IMG/VR virus record: IMGVR_UViG_3300034101_006118
Origin: an uncultured virus (IMG/VR IMGVR_UViG_3300034101_006118)
Lineage: Duplodnaviria; Heunggongvirae; Uroviricota; Caudoviricetes
Length of the DNA: 57,878 nt
Strand: one strand, 5' to 3'
The position numbers and the translations under genes are program-made. How positions within the stretch are numbered: the stretch's first letter is position 1; each line of letters begins with the position of its first letter. This document shows positions 56,545-57,878 of the stretch, one piece after another. Below the pieces are notes generated by a model. It did not search any database. It saw nothing but the letters and a program-made list of their open reading frames with translations, and had not been told where the DNA came from.

Positions 56545-56949
56545 ATGATGGAACAAGACTGCCGAACCTTGGGCGAAAAAGTGAGTGACGGAGTAGCCAA
56601 ATTTGGCGGGTCTTGGTATTTTATCATAACTGGTTTTTTTGTTATTCTTTTTTGGGTTTTTTTCAACACAATACCTTTCTTTTACCATTATGATGGTTAT
56701 CCTTTTATTTTACTCAATTTGTTACTTTCGCTTATAGCAGCTTTTCAAGCTCCATTCATTTTGATGGCGCAAAGAAGAGTTGAAGTCAAACAAGATGCCA
56801 TTTACAGGGCCTTGTTTAGGGAAATAAAAGAACTAGTCGAAATTGATCTAAGTCTTGAAAATGAGGTATTGGAAACAAACAAGAAAATGGAGCAAGAAAT
56901 ACAAGTTTTGAAAGAAATGCTCAAGCAACAACAAAAAGAGAGCCAATGA
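56545..56949 (+). CDS. DUF1003 membrane protein
   Basis: AKFGGSW, YPFILLNLLLSxxAAxQAPxILMAQ. Confidence 0.9.
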   Translation: MMEQDCRTLGEKVSDGVAKFGGSWYFIITGFFVILFWVFFNTIPFFYHYDGYPFILLNLLLSLIAAFQAPFILMAQRRVEVKQDAIYRALFREIKELVEIDLSLENEVLETNKKMEQEIQVLKEMLKQQQKESQ

Positions 56950-57845
56950 AATACCGTTGCACATCTACTATAATTTTTGATTTTGAAACTGATTTGCCTT
57001 ATGAGCAAGCAATCAACTTGGCCAAGAATTATCTCGATGAGATACCAATCAAAGAAGGCCTAGAAAACACCAGAACAGTTTTGCAACTCGATAAATTGAA
57101 ATCAAAAGTAGAAAAAATTAAATTGGGCGAATTCAAACTTGATGAAGTATTTCCTTTTCTTACAGAAGAAAATTCTAAAAAACAATTCATAGTAGACGAT
57201 AAAACTTATGATGTTAAGATGAATACTGACAGGTATCATCTTTTCAAAAACAATTTATCTTGTGTTTCCTGCGGACTAACCGGAACCAGACTTTTCCTTG
57301 AATGTCATCCAGCAGATATGAAACCTCATTTTAATCTATATGGGGAAGAGGACAGAAAATTGGTTCTCTTTACCAAAGATCATATTACCGCAAGGGCATT
57401 CGGAGGAGAAAACACATTAGAAAATTATCAAACCATGTGCAGCACATGCAATAGCTTGAAAGCTCACAGCAACTTATCGTTAGAATCAGTATCAAAACTG
57501 AGGAAAATTTACAACGATAATAGGAAAAAAATCACCAAGAAAAAATTGCATGTTCTGATTGAAGATGAAAGAAAAAAACTTGAATTACCTTGGCCTCATT
57601 TGATATATGAGCAAAAAAACATCATACCAAAAAATGGAATACAAGTTAATTGTGACTTGGCTATTATTGAAGAGGATGCAAATTTGATCTGCATTCCAGA
57701 AAAACAATTGCCAGAATCAATATTGTCAAGAGGTTATATAAAGGATCAGTCTTATCTGGAAGAAATTGTTGAAATAAACGGAATGATTATTTGTAAATTG
57801 ACAGATGGAAGAATTGTTCGCTTGAATAAGAAATATATGAAATAA
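56946..57845 (+). CDS. HNH endonuclease domain protein
   Basis: CVSCG, TKDHI..GG..ENYQTMCxxCNxLK. Confidence 0.85.
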   Translation: MKYRCTSTIIFDFETDLPYEQAINLAKNYLDEIPIKEGLENTRTVLQLDKLKSKVEKIKLGEFKLDEVFPFLTEENSKKQFIVDDKTYDVKMNTDRYHLFKNNLSCVSCGLTGTRLFLECHPADMKPHFNLYGEEDRKLVLFTKDHITARAFGGENTLENYQTMCSTCNSLKAHSNLSLESVSKLRKIYNDNRKKITKKKLHVLIEDERKKLELPWPHLIYEQKNIIPKNGIQVNCDLAIIEEDANLICIPEKQLPESILSRGYIKDQSYLEEIVEINGMIICKLTDGRIVRLNKKYMK

Positions 57846-57878
57846 TAAATAACTGGTCTAAATATCTGTGTAAAATAG

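Noticed and set aside
35893..57845. HNH genes as intron-encoded homing endonucleases
   Set aside because: Flanking genes are not split and no intron core is visible; they appear free-standing
1..57878. Cellular (CPR or endosymbiont) chromosome or eukaryotic giant virus
   Set aside because: No housekeeping operons; bacterial SD sites, sigma70 promoters, sigma factors and intrinsic terminators favour a bacteriophage

Overview
This AT-rich, gene-dense window (standard genetic code) is best read as part of a large or jumbo dsDNA phage genome, not a cellular chromosome. It mixes virion-type structural genes, dUTPase, PhoH, HNH nucleases and many orphan ORFs with isolated host-like genes taken out of their usual operons (IF-3, GroES-like, DnaJ, ClpX, CsrA, MscL, two sigma-70 factors, tRNA-Arg(UCU)). 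It also carries a large glycan-modification set: several glycosyltransferases, UDP-galactopyranose mutase, TylF and other methyltransferases, and 2OG-Fe(II) oxygenases. A DUF1559 prepilin-like gene and the type of sigma factor and CsrA point to a Planctomycetota host (inference). The most striking unexplained signal is a 17-nt palindromic element, CCGTCA-N5-TGACGG. It occurs in 8-9 5' leaders (infC, amidoligase, ParB-like, csrA, sigma factor, DUF1559 and others) and shows compensatory and G-U changes that favour a conserved RNA hairpin regulon. Other notable points are a deaminase homolog lacking its Zn ligands, three tandem lectin-fold paralogs, an unannotated stand-alone 51-aa Cys/Thr-rich peptide gene, T4-like late-promoter motifs and capsid-targeting-like N-termini. 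All family assignments come from motif recognition by eye; no database search was run.
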